Below, one piece after another: positions 1 through 12,597 of a stretch of 14,452 bases of DNA. Within the stretch, counting starts at the first letter, position 1. The number at the start of each line of letters is the position of its first letter. The notes under the pieces are model-generated. The model was given only the letters and a program-made list of their open reading frames with translations. It made no database searches and was not told where the DNA came from. This DNA comes from Zygophlyctis sp. KS116 (taxonomy: Eukaryota; Fungi; Chytridiomycota), in the NCBI GenBank assembly GCA_054661495.1, contig BAAFSQ010000248.1, positions 1-14,452 of the forward strand, read 5' to 3'. The translations under genes were made by a program, and so were the position numbers.

Positions 1-595
1 TTTAAGTCTGATAATTATGATCAAGAAGAGATTGAATCGGCAGATTTTGATATTGAATCTTCAGTTGATGCAAGTGGTTCAGATGATAGCTCAGTTATAT
101 TTTTAGGAGAAACACATCCTACCAATGATAGGCAGGATAAAGTCACGAACAAGAGTATTATTTTAGATTTGGATGCAGAAAGTGATTCTTCAAATGATTC
201 TAAATCATCTCAATCAGATCTACATCTTAAACAAATGTCTGCTTCTGGATTAAAAGAAAAAAATTATTTAGTATCTTTGCAACAAGAAAATCACGGCTTT
301 ATACATTATACTCGGGAGCATACTCAAAAGAAATCAACCATGACACCATCAAAACGTTTTGATTCTATAAAGTCTCCAGGATTTAGTATTTTCTCTAAAG
401 CTCAAAGGAGAAACTACCGAAACATGTATAAAAATAGATCAGAAAGTAAATATTTCAAGTCTCACTATTATAGAGTTTATAGACCGAATGCTAATTGAAG
501 CTTGGAATATGCTTCCGGACAGAGAAAAGCATGGATTTGATTTTGCAGCTAGCAAGCTCAGGAAGAAATCAAATAGGAGATCAAGAATTAAATGA
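1..595 (+). CDS. 3' end of an HMG-box protein (5'-truncated); exons <1..445, 474..595
   Basis: Frame 1 is open from base 1 (acidic, Ser-rich). Removing the 28-nt intron 446..473 (gtaaat...ttatag) gives KSPGFSIFSKAQRRNYRNMYKNRSEKFIDRMLIEAWNMLPDREKHGFDFAASKLRKK, which fits the HMG-box pattern FxxF..R..I..L..W..L..EK..F..A. Stop TGA 593-595. Confidence 0.75.
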
Positions 596-675
596 TATAG
601 AATTTACTTGATCCTTAAATTCCAGAATTCATGTGTTGGTGGGACTTGGTGTAGCAAAAAGATTAAAGATTTTGA

Positions 676-1035
676 ATGATATTCCCAAAAGTTTTACTTC
701 TTCTATTATCTTTGACCATTTTAATTGTGAATGTCGCTGCAGATTACATATCTGCTGCTATTCAAGGATGTAGATCTGACATATGCGCACCAAAATCACA
801 AAATTGTTTAAATGAATGTGGCGTTCTCTATACTGACAGTCTCGAGATGAAGCAGTGCTCTGAAGAAAAATGCAGTCCACTGCTAACAGAATGTGAGGGT
901 AAATGTAACACATGTGTTCAAAACAAAAACAAGTGCTTTTATGAATTATCTATTTGGAAAACTACTTATCCATGGAAGCGTAGAAAATGGAAGAATATTT
1001 ACACTGGTTGTGTAAATAGATGTATTAAATACTAA
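676..1035 (+). CDS. Small secreted cysteine-rich protein, 119 aa
   Basis: Hydrophobic signal peptide MIFPKVLLLLLSLTILIVNVAA, 12 Cys, two copies of C-x4-C-x6-C-x3-C; single exon. Confidence 0.8.
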   Translation: MIFPKVLLLLLSLTILIVNVAADYISAAIQGCRSDICAPKSQNCLNECGVLYTDSLEMKQCSEEKCSPLLTECEGKCNTCVQNKNKCFYELSIWKTTYPWKRRKWKNIYTGCVNRCIKY

Positions 1036-1248
1036 AAAGTAAAATATAATTTCTGGATTTTGAATGCTAAAGATTGTCCGAAAACATTATAATTTCTAAT
1101 TTGTATTTGTAGGGAATGGATTGGTATGGTACTGATGATTACTTGCATATCAAATTCTATTATTTCTCATAAACTCTGTAAATCACAATTTTGTAGCTTA
1201 AAACAAGGAAGATTACCGTTAAGATCGTTCCAAGAGCGCGTCGAATCA

Positions 1249-2687
1249 ATGAGTAGCGAATCGTTATCATTCTACAAAAGAGTCTTGCCGCAATCATGCA
1301 TATCATTCACATCAAAACAAGGGAAGAAATACTTTAGGGATTCTTTAGAAGAGGATAATATGGAGTCTTATTTCCCTCTTTCAATGCAGTTTCTGACTCA
1401 ATCGGAACCTGCTTACTGTGGTCTGGGGACTTTAGCAATGGTATTAAATGCGCTTGAAATAGATCCGATGAGGAAATGGAAAGGAGTATGGCGGTGGTAT
1501 GATGAGACAATGTTGGACTGTTGTAGACCACTTGAAGATGTTAAAAAACAAGGGATAACATTATCTGAATTCACTTGTTTAGCTAGATGTAATGGGCTAG
1601 ATGCTATTACTTTTAGAGCAGATGAAACATCTAAAGAACAATTTTATCAAGATATAAAGAGGACATCAAAGATTGACAATTTATATTTATGCGTATCGTT
1701 CTCAAGGAAAACATTGGATCAGACAGGTTAGAAACGATTCTTTCTTTAATACTATAGGTGATGGTCATTTTAGTCCTGTTGGTGGATTTAATGAATCAAA
1801 TAGAATGGTATTAATAATGGATGTTGCTCGATTTAAATATCCGGCGTATTGGGTTTCTATTGATCTTTTATGGGAATCATTACATCCAAAAGATGAGTCT
1901 ACAAATAAATCAAGAGGTAGATAAAGAGAAAATATTTAAATCTATAGGATATGTTATTTTAAGTAAAGGAAATCCAAAATATTTGAAATCAGCATTCAGT
2001 CAATTATCATTAAATTATGCATCTTGGCATAAATTGGCTGATATATTATTTCAACAAATGCCAGAAGAACTGACTAGGTTATGCAATAAAGCTTCGGTAT
2101 CGCAAGTAATAAGTACAGTGGTTGATCTGATTCCAGATGAATATAGATCAATTGTAGAAGATAGGCTGGGACTATTTATTCCTCCATATGCTCAAGTTTC
2201 TCCAGAGGCCCCTGAAAATTTGGATGAAAATTTAAAAGTATATTTAAAAGGATTAGATAGTTTATTGGAACAGATTTCTTCAACTACTTTATATAATCTT
2301 GTCTGGAACTCTATCGGAGTCAAGAAGAAAATTGAAAGAATTGATTCACAGACTTGCATTGATGCTTTAATGCTTCAATCTCCTATTTTATCACAGGAAC
2401 TCTGCCATTCACGGTCTCATAGCTTTTCTAGCCCTCACAATGCCAACCTGTTCATGTTTAGAAAGTCGTTTCATGCTGCATCTCCAGTAAATGATTTTGC
2501 TGCTTTTCTCACAATCTTTTTATTTGCTCTATTCAACTTATTTCCTGAAGATAAAATGGATCTGCGTCTTCTAGCTGAACTAAAATCTTTAGTCAACGAG
2601 AAGAACTTGTCTGATCCACTTTTGACTGAAGTCATACTCATCAAAGATCAAATTTTGGCTTTTATGAAATCCTGTTGTAGACCATAA
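1249..2687 (+). CDS. PCS1: Phytochelatin synthase (glutathione gamma-glutamylcysteinyltransferase), about 458 aa; exons 1249..1726, 1758..1916, 1948..2687
   Basis: Motifs TQSEPAYCGL (catalytic Cys), WKGVWRWYDE, QTG|DGHFSP (His) and MDVARFKYP (Asp). Two 31-nt GT-AG introns (1727..1757, 1917..1947) join the three ORFs in frame. Start placed at ATG 1249 (MSSESLSFYKRVLP). Confidence 0.95.
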
Positions 2688-2834
2688 AGTGACATCAAGG
2701 ATGATTAAACCATAAAATAGAGGAAACCGTGCTGAATTAAAAACATCGCAGTTCCTAAAATGTTATATATGAAAAACTAGGCAAAAATGTTCGGAATTCT
2801 TGTATCTATCTCTATTCAAATGATGTAAAATTAA

Positions 2835-4891
2835 TCAAACAATTCTTCCGCCTTCTAGAATAGTACGTGCAATGGGCATTTGCAAAGGTAGAAGAAGAAT
2901 ACTAGTTTTTGGAATGGGTTTTAGAATAATTTCTAATTTCTCCTCTGAGAGATATTTTTTCATGAAAAATAGTAGCCCTTCTTTGGCTTCTGTACTTGTA
3001 TCCTTCATTCTCATAAAAATTTCTTTGACAAGTTTTTGTGACTTTGAGGTGCTGTGACAAATGACTCCACCCACGACTATTTGGCAAAACAAGGCGTTGG
3101 CTTGAGCTAGAGAGGTAAATGTAAGACTCTTCAATATACTTATTGGAAGAGCACGATGAATGATCAAATGCAAAAAAAATCTTGCTAGATTTGACATCTT
3201 TCGTACTCCATCCCTACCCTGGAATTCGTCATCTTCCTCGTCTACAGACTTGAAAATGTCCCATAAGTTGTACTGAAATGTTATTTTAAATGAATAGCCA
3301 TATTCGCAAAATCTTTGGGCCAAATATGCATAGTATGGGTTATAAATACGTTCTTGGAGACAACAATGAATAATAACTCTAACAATTTCTCGCTCCTGCT
3401 TGTCTTTTAACCCAAGTTTTTGAAGTCGCTCATATGCATCAATAAAATCCTTAACTTTTAAAAATTAATTGAAATTACCTCACTACTCATAATGATTACA
3501 AAGATTGTCTTTCGAACGTCAGTATTCATTTTTTGAGCTTTTGCCAAGGCCATTAATTCCTGATTATAAGATGACGGCATTTTTGAACCAATTTCAGTTG
3601 ATAAAGGAGTTTCTGTACCTGCCCAAGCCGATCCAACCAACCACCATCTCCCTTTTTCATTGATAGTTAAAATATCTTTAAGGCCTATACGTAAAGGCTC
3701 TGTTCCAGAAACTCTAGTTAAAAATATAAAAACCTACTAGAATTTTTCGAGATGAAATTTGTAATAAACTTTTTCAAACGAATCATTTGATCTCCTTTAT
3801 CTTGAAGTCTTTTTCTAGTCTTATTGTTTTTCAAATCCATAATTGACTCTGACATAAACTTTAATCTCGTACTGCATTTTTAGTCTTGAAACCTTGACGT
3901 ACCTTATTTCTTTTGAATCCTTTTTAGAAATTTCTTGGTTCATAATTATAATAATTTCCTTTAATGCACTAGGATCATCCGCCCTTATTTGAACACCACA
4001 AATCCTCAAGAGCCTAAGTAAAATCTCTACATCTATTTCCTCTAATTTCTCCAAAGACTCCTTTATCAAATCATAAATCAAAACACAAGAAATCACACCA
4101 AAAGAATATAAATAACCTAGAAGAGTAGTTAGATTCCCTCTTGCTTTATCCTGTACTTTATCTTTCAACTTTTTGACTGCCTCTTCCACCAAATATGATC
4201 CAAAATCAAGTCCAACAGAATGATAAATAACTGTAGAAAAAGCAGCAAAAGTCAAGAGATAAGAATCATTTAATTGAGAAGAATCACTAGAAATTTCCAG
4301 TAAAAGAGTCACAATCGCCACAGTCACATCTCTTCTTGCACTTTGCCTATATAAATCATTAATCTGCCCCAAGATAGATTCCATATTCCCATCAGAGAGC
4401 CTATTCAAGAATCCCTTTACTGTCCTTTTCAATTGCAGATCTACACTTTCTTCTCTTACTTGCGGCGGAACATATTTTGCCAATTCTATCTTATCCTTTT
4501 TCTCTCTTGTTTTCTCTTGAGTTATAGATGCAGTTTTAGAAGCAATCGGAACTCTTTTTCTGTAAATTTCCAATTCCATTTAATGATCTACCATATCCTC
4601 TTGCTGATTACTTAATAAATCTGCCAATCCATCTTGAATAAACTCTTTTGACAACTTTCCCTTTTTCAGACCCAATAGTTTAGAGTAATGATCATCATCC
4701 CCTTCTTCTTGTGTTTCTCCTGCATCTACCAATCTCTCTGATCTCTCTGACCGCTGTGACCGCTGTGACCGCTGTGATCCAATTTCTTTGGATTGGGACC
4801 GCTTGTTAATCTTTCTTTTCCCTAGACTTCTCACTTGATCCAAATTCAATTCCTTCTTAATGCTAGCAGGCAATTCTATTTTTCTCTTCAT
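2835..4891 (-). CDS. SGD1: SGD1/NOM1 nucleolar MIF4G + MA3 domain protein; introns 3872..3902 (31 nt), 3712..3737 (26 nt), 3450..3478 (29 nt); unresolved in-frame TAA at 4580-4582
   Basis: Family motifs KYVPP, KGFLNRLSDGNM, IRADDPSALKEII, TRLKFM..IMDLKNNK, KGRWWLVGSAW, MNTDVRKTIFVIIMSSE|DFIDAYERL and YNPYY are restored by splicing. The N-terminal ORF 4580..4891 carries LSKEFIQDGLADLL, as I recall from homologues. Confidence 0.9.
4734..4778 (-). repeat. Coding 9-nt minisatellite, 5 copies, encoding SQRSQRSQRSERSER
   Basis: Plus strand reads ctctctgat ctctctgac cgctgtgac cgctgtgac cgctgtgat. Confidence 0.9.
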
Positions 4892-4903
4892 TTTATAGTA
4901 AAA

Positions 4904-5299
4904 TTATAGTAAAATTTCCTCCTTGTTTTCTAAAATTAAACTAAACTTTTCAGACTTCCACTGATTTTGAGAAATCTTTGCACCTTGAAACTCTAGAAAT
5001 CCTTTAGATTTTGATCCAATTAAATCTACAGTAATATGCCCTGTTCCCTTGATTTCATTAATGTTCCCTTTTAAAGAATCCTTATCAAAAGTAATATCAG
5101 TCCCTAATTCCTTTTTTACAGACTCTGCATTCTTGACATGACTAATAATCTAGAGTTAAAATGGATAATTTACTCCTTTAAATAGAGTTGTAGAGTACAG
5201 ATTTAATTGTTTTGCATGTATAATTGAGACTGTCCAGTATCCGAGTCCAAAAAGTCCAAGAATTTTTATGGGCAGAGACAATGATGATTTGAAATTCAT
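4904..5299 (-). CDS. COA1: Coa1-family (cytochrome c oxidase assembly factor 1/Tim21-like) protein, 123 aa; exons 5299..5174, 5149..4904; missing from the ORF track
   Basis: Spliced product MNFKSSLSLPIKILGLFGLGYWTVSIIHAKQLNLYSTTLFKG|IISHVKNAESVKKELGTDITFDKDSLKGNINEIKGTGHITVDLIGSKSKGFLEFQGAKISQNQWKSEKFSLILENKEEILL*. One N-terminal TM helix followed by the Coa1 pattern LG..I...I.G.IN..KG...I...GSK.KG.L.F. The 24-nt intron 5150..5173 contains an in-frame stop. Confidence 0.8.
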
Positions 5300-5394
5300 T
5301 CTTTATGGATTAACTGATTCTGAGCGCCAAATTTAGGGCTGATGGCCGACCGCCGAGGGTTCGGACTCTGCAAAAAGATTAGCAAAAAGGAAAA
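5300..5394. promoter_or_regulatory. 95-nt bidirectional promoter between the COA1-like gene and SMC3, with an E2F-consensus site at 5324..5331
   Basis: Divergent ATGs at 5299 (-) and 5395 (+); GC-rich core ggctgatggccgaccgccgagggttcggact; GCGCCAAA is the reverse complement of TTTGGCGC. Confidence 0.6.
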
Positions 5395-9409
<4,015 letters not shown>

Positions 9410-9554
9410 TGATTATATTTTTACTTGTAACAAAGACTTTTTTCTAAAATTCCGTTAATTCGGACTATTTCCGTTTGTTTCAATCTTAGTCATCAGCTGA
9501 TTGGATTCGCAGACTACGTCATCCAAGGCATATATCTCCTTTTATAGTCAAAGA

Positions 9555-11729
9555 ATGTCAAATTCATTTCTAACTGCATTCCCAAAGAACCCAAGCCGAA
9601 GAGGATCTGCTGTCGGACAAGAAGAAGACAAGTCAAAGCTCAGGAGGTCAGAGTCCCGCAGAGCAAGAGATGGAAGTGTAGCAAATATGGAGTCACAATC
9701 AAAGCTAACTCGAGAAGATTCTAATCCAAAAGATCAGGCTCTTGGTATCCGTAGAGAGCAATCAATGTCCAAGAAGAAAAAAGATCCAAATAGCAGGAGA
9801 GGATCTTCAATTGAAAGGCAGGATTCTCACAGTAAAAAGGAGAAGAAGAATAGAAAGTTAAGCATCAGTAATGATCCTACTAGTAGAAGAGGCAGTGCGT
9901 TGCCGGGAGGTGGGAATGCGAGACGATTATCTACAGTCTACGTCAAAGAGCTTCAAAAGATATCAGATAATCAAATTATTAATCTAAATGCAATACAGGA
10001 TGAATTACATCCTTATAGGATGATTAAGTTTTCTTCTGATTTAATGGTTCGTTTAAGAAATCCCTTGGATGATATAGAAACATTGGTAGTGCCCATCAGC
10101 TCATTGACATTTGTCGAATTAGTTCAAGATATTTACTCAATAGCTTTAAATTTAAGATATTATAGACAAAATGAAGTTTTAACATGGGCTAAAGACGAAG
10201 AATTTATAGACGATATTCTATGCGCATTTTCTGGGAAAATGGGGGACTTTGATCCTGTTAGTCTTCTTAGTAGAATTTTAGATTCTTTAGCTGCAGGAAC
10301 AACTTGGAAAATTCTTTATAAAGCTATTTATGATATCTATACTTTGATTCCTGATGATAGTGAATACAAAATAAAACAATTGCTTCAAGATTCGGGCCCT
10401 CAAATTCTGGACCAATTGCTTATTCTGGTAAGTAATTGGGTATGGCTTTTACGTCAAAGTCATATTGCTCTTTGTACTCAAATATCAACGTGGTTCAATA
10501 CTCACTCTGCTGAAGATTGGAAAGAATCACGAATACCAGTAGTGTACGGTGCTTTTAGTGAAGGAAGTGATATTAATGGCTTATTTGGGCAAATATTACA
10601 TGGAACAGCAACTTTAGACTTGGTTAAAATGAACTTATTATGTACAAAGATTGCAAACAGCTTAGAAAAATATCCCAATCAGAAAGAGTTTATGCATCTA
10701 GAAGTTTTTAGACATTTTGTAGAGTTTAGATCAAAAGTTTTAGTTATGGCGAAACTCTTGCAGTTGTGTAGACTTCTACAGGCTGATAAAGAATTAATTT
10801 TTGATGCTGTTGAAAGCTTTGATGACAAATCAAAGAAAGCTAATGATGAAAAGGATGATTTACAAACAAAAAAGACTACATCTTCAGAAAAAGTGTGTGT
10901 TTTTGCAAAGGTTTTCAAGACTAAAACCGATTTTCTCAATTCTTTGTATGAATTGAAAAGAGCGACAGATAGTACCAGCTTCGCCTCAGTATATCCAAGG
11001 GTGTTGAATTCACAATTAGAACCTTCATTTCGAGTATTTGAAGTTTCGTTGGCTACTTCGATAAAAGGCACTAAAAAGTATGATTGTCCAGATATACTAC
11101 CAAAGACGGTTCAAGAAAGACGTAAAATAGAGACCACAGTATCAAAACTAAGAGCCAAATTAGCTCCTGAGGATTCAGATCAATCAAATTATGATAATTT
11201 TCTGGGTGCAGGGATAGCAATACAAATTGATGAGGCGCCTCTAGTTCCTATGATCTCAATAATTGATACAGATCCAGATGTATTTCCTGAATCTGAAGAA
11301 GAGCCTGAAATTTTGCAAACTATAGCAGAGGATGATGCTTTAACTAAGAAGGGCCAAAATTATCATCTAAATATCAGACCAACTCATGATGATGTAGAAT
11401 TGGATGAAGTTTTGACAATGCCGGAATCTGTTAACAAAGATCGTTTTACTCTCCACTGGGAAGACAAGGACACTTTATCAGCATTATTCGGACACAACTT
11501 TGGAAATGTAAACTTTAGCGATGTCAAAAGAATCCTAAAAGTTATTGGTTGCAAGATAGTATCAGAAGATGGTATTGGTCTCATTGCCATACACCCAAGA
11601 TCCAAGGTTCCTATTTCTATTTTCAGCCCTTTTCCTGATCTACAATACAAGCTATATGCATTGGATAGAATTAAAAATGCGCTACAAGACTTTTTGGGAG
11701 TCTACTTTGAAAACTTTGATTTCAAATAA
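9555..11729 (+). CDS. Uncharacterised 724-aa protein: basic disordered N-terminus with repeated RRxS motifs, helical core, C-terminal HicA-like domain
   Basis: Uninterrupted 2.2-kb ORF, first ATG at 9555. The C-terminus VNFSDVKRILKVIGCKIV..G...ISIFSPFP....ALDRIKNALQDFLGV resembles the HicA alpha-beta3-alpha pattern. The CDS is secure; the domain call is tentative. Confidence 0.8.
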   Translation: MSNSFLTAFPKNPSRRGSAVGQEEDKSKLRRSESRRARDGSVANMESQSKLTREDSNPKDQALGIRREQSMSKKKKDPNSRRGSSIERQDSHSKKEKKNRKLSISNDPTSRRGSALPGGGNARRLSTVYVKELQKISDNQIINLNAIQDELHPYRMIKFSSDLMVRLRNPLDDIETLVVPISSLTFVELVQDIYSIALNLRYYRQNEVLTWAKDEEFIDDILCAFSGKMGDFDPVSLLSRILDSLAAGTTWKILYKAIYDIYTLIPDDSEYKIKQLLQDSGPQILDQLLILVSNWVWLLRQSHIALCTQISTWFNTHSAEDWKESRIPVVYGAFSEGSDINGLFGQILHGTATLDLVKMNLLCTKIANSLEKYPNQKEFMHLEVFRHFVEFRSKVLVMAKLLQLCRLLQADKELIFDAVESFDDKSKKANDEKDDLQTKKTTSSEKVCVFAKVFKTKTDFLNSLYELKRATDSTSFASVYPRVLNSQLEPSFRVFEVSLATSIKGTKKYDCPDILPKTVQERRKIETTVSKLRAKLAPEDSDQSNYDNFLGAGIAIQIDEAPLVPMISIIDTDPDVFPESEEEPEILQTIAEDDALTKKGQNYHLNIRPTHDDVELDEVLTMPESVNKDRFTLHWEDKDTLSALFGHNFGNVNFSDVKRILKVIGCKIVSEDGIGLIAIHPRSKVPISIFSPFPDLQYKLYALDRIKNALQDFLGVYFENFDFK

Positions 11730-11757
11730 AAGCTAAATCATTTCAGCTTATTTATTT

Positions 11758-12537
11758 TCAATTCGGTTTATTCTTTCTTTTACCTTTTTTATCCTGAGAA
11801 ACCTAACGGTTATTTTATGAAAACGTACTCTTTGAGAGTTTTGAGCCTGGCTGGGAACAACATTTTGATTAGTTATTTCCACACGAATACAATCATCTTG
11901 ACTTCCTCTTTGAGCTACAGGCATTACCACTGGCTGATGACTCTCAGAGCCAGAAATTGAACAGATTCGATGAAGACCTACACTTAGCGTTCCCGCAGGA
12001 ATAACAACTGAAAGAATTCCATTTACGGCAGGATCATTAAGCCCTTTGAAAAATTCAAATTGTTGTGCATTTGGAGCAACATTAGATCTGGCAAGTGACT
12101 GAACAGTTACATGCTGATGACCTTTAATGAAACCAGTGGCCGTATCTAAATTCTGAGGAAAAAGATAATATTGTAAGTTTGGATCACTAAAGAAACCAGT
12201 CACGATATTTGCATTCACTAAAGAAACGGTTATGTCCGAATTCGCATCCAAAACTGCACCTTGTGTAAATTTTAAAAAATATACCATTAATAGGCGCAGT
12301 AATCAGCGTAGAGACCATTTTATCAGCAGAGGGAATCCTAATAAATCACATAATATATTAAGATTACGATCCCATTGGAGTATTCGAGCAAGTGTTTATC
12401 TGCTTTTGAGTCCCATCTGCATCCAAGAATCCGGACTCAATACAAAAATCCGTTGGTAAAAACGGTCCAACAATTGCAGCATTATTTTGCGCTTGAATCG
12501 ATGCCATAGAGATCAGTATTAAGCCAAAGTTTTTCAT
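11758..12537 (-). CDS. Secreted protein of a conserved uncharacterised fungal family (often mislabelled 'ribosomal protein s17'), about 232 aa; introns 12338..12367, 12260..12284, 11803..11828
   Basis: Signal peptide MKNFGLILISMASIQA; motifs FC...DGTQ...CSNTPMG.IP, YY..PQ.L, GHQHVTVQ, FFKGLND and HQPVVMPVAQRGSQDDC. The third intron (26 nt, gtacgt...gttag) gives the terminus VSQDKKGKRKNKPN*; if unspliced the ORF ends at 11748. Confidence 0.85.
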
Positions 12538-12597
12538 TTTTAAAGGTCCCAGTCGGTCCAGTCCCCCAAGTCTGGGATCAGGAAACTGCTTATATTA
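12538..12597. promoter_or_regulatory. 60-nt divergent intergenic region, candidate bidirectional promoter
   Basis: ATGs at 12537 (-) and 12598 (+); GC-rich core ggtcccagtcggtccagtcccccaagtctggga with repeated GGTCC/AGTC. Confidence 0.5.

Noticed and set aside
1-1035. Mucorales-type sex locus around the HMG gene
   Set aside because: No triose-phosphate transporter or RNA helicase gene on the visible side, and the HMG subclass is undetermined.
1126-1248. N-terminal extension of PCS from ATG 1126
   Set aside because: PCS-like sequence begins after ATG 1249; the extension looks like AT-rich spacer or promoter, though it cannot be fully excluded.
4580-4582. Alternative genetic code (TAA/TAG as sense, as in ciliates with tiny introns)
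   Set aside because: All other internal stops fall inside frame-restoring introns, and several genes end at TAA at the expected position (COA1-like, PCS1, LSG1).
5150-5173. Absolute 25-nt minimum intron rule
   Set aside because: The COA1-like intron must be 24 nt to keep the frame, so the rule was softened to branch-point spacing plus an approximate floor.
11758-12537. Ribosomal protein S17
   Set aside because: It has a signal peptide and no uS17/eS17 motifs; the label appears to be a propagated misannotation.
11450-12537. HicAB toxin-antitoxin pair
   Set aside because: No HicB-like neighbour; the adjacent gene is a convergent secreted protein.
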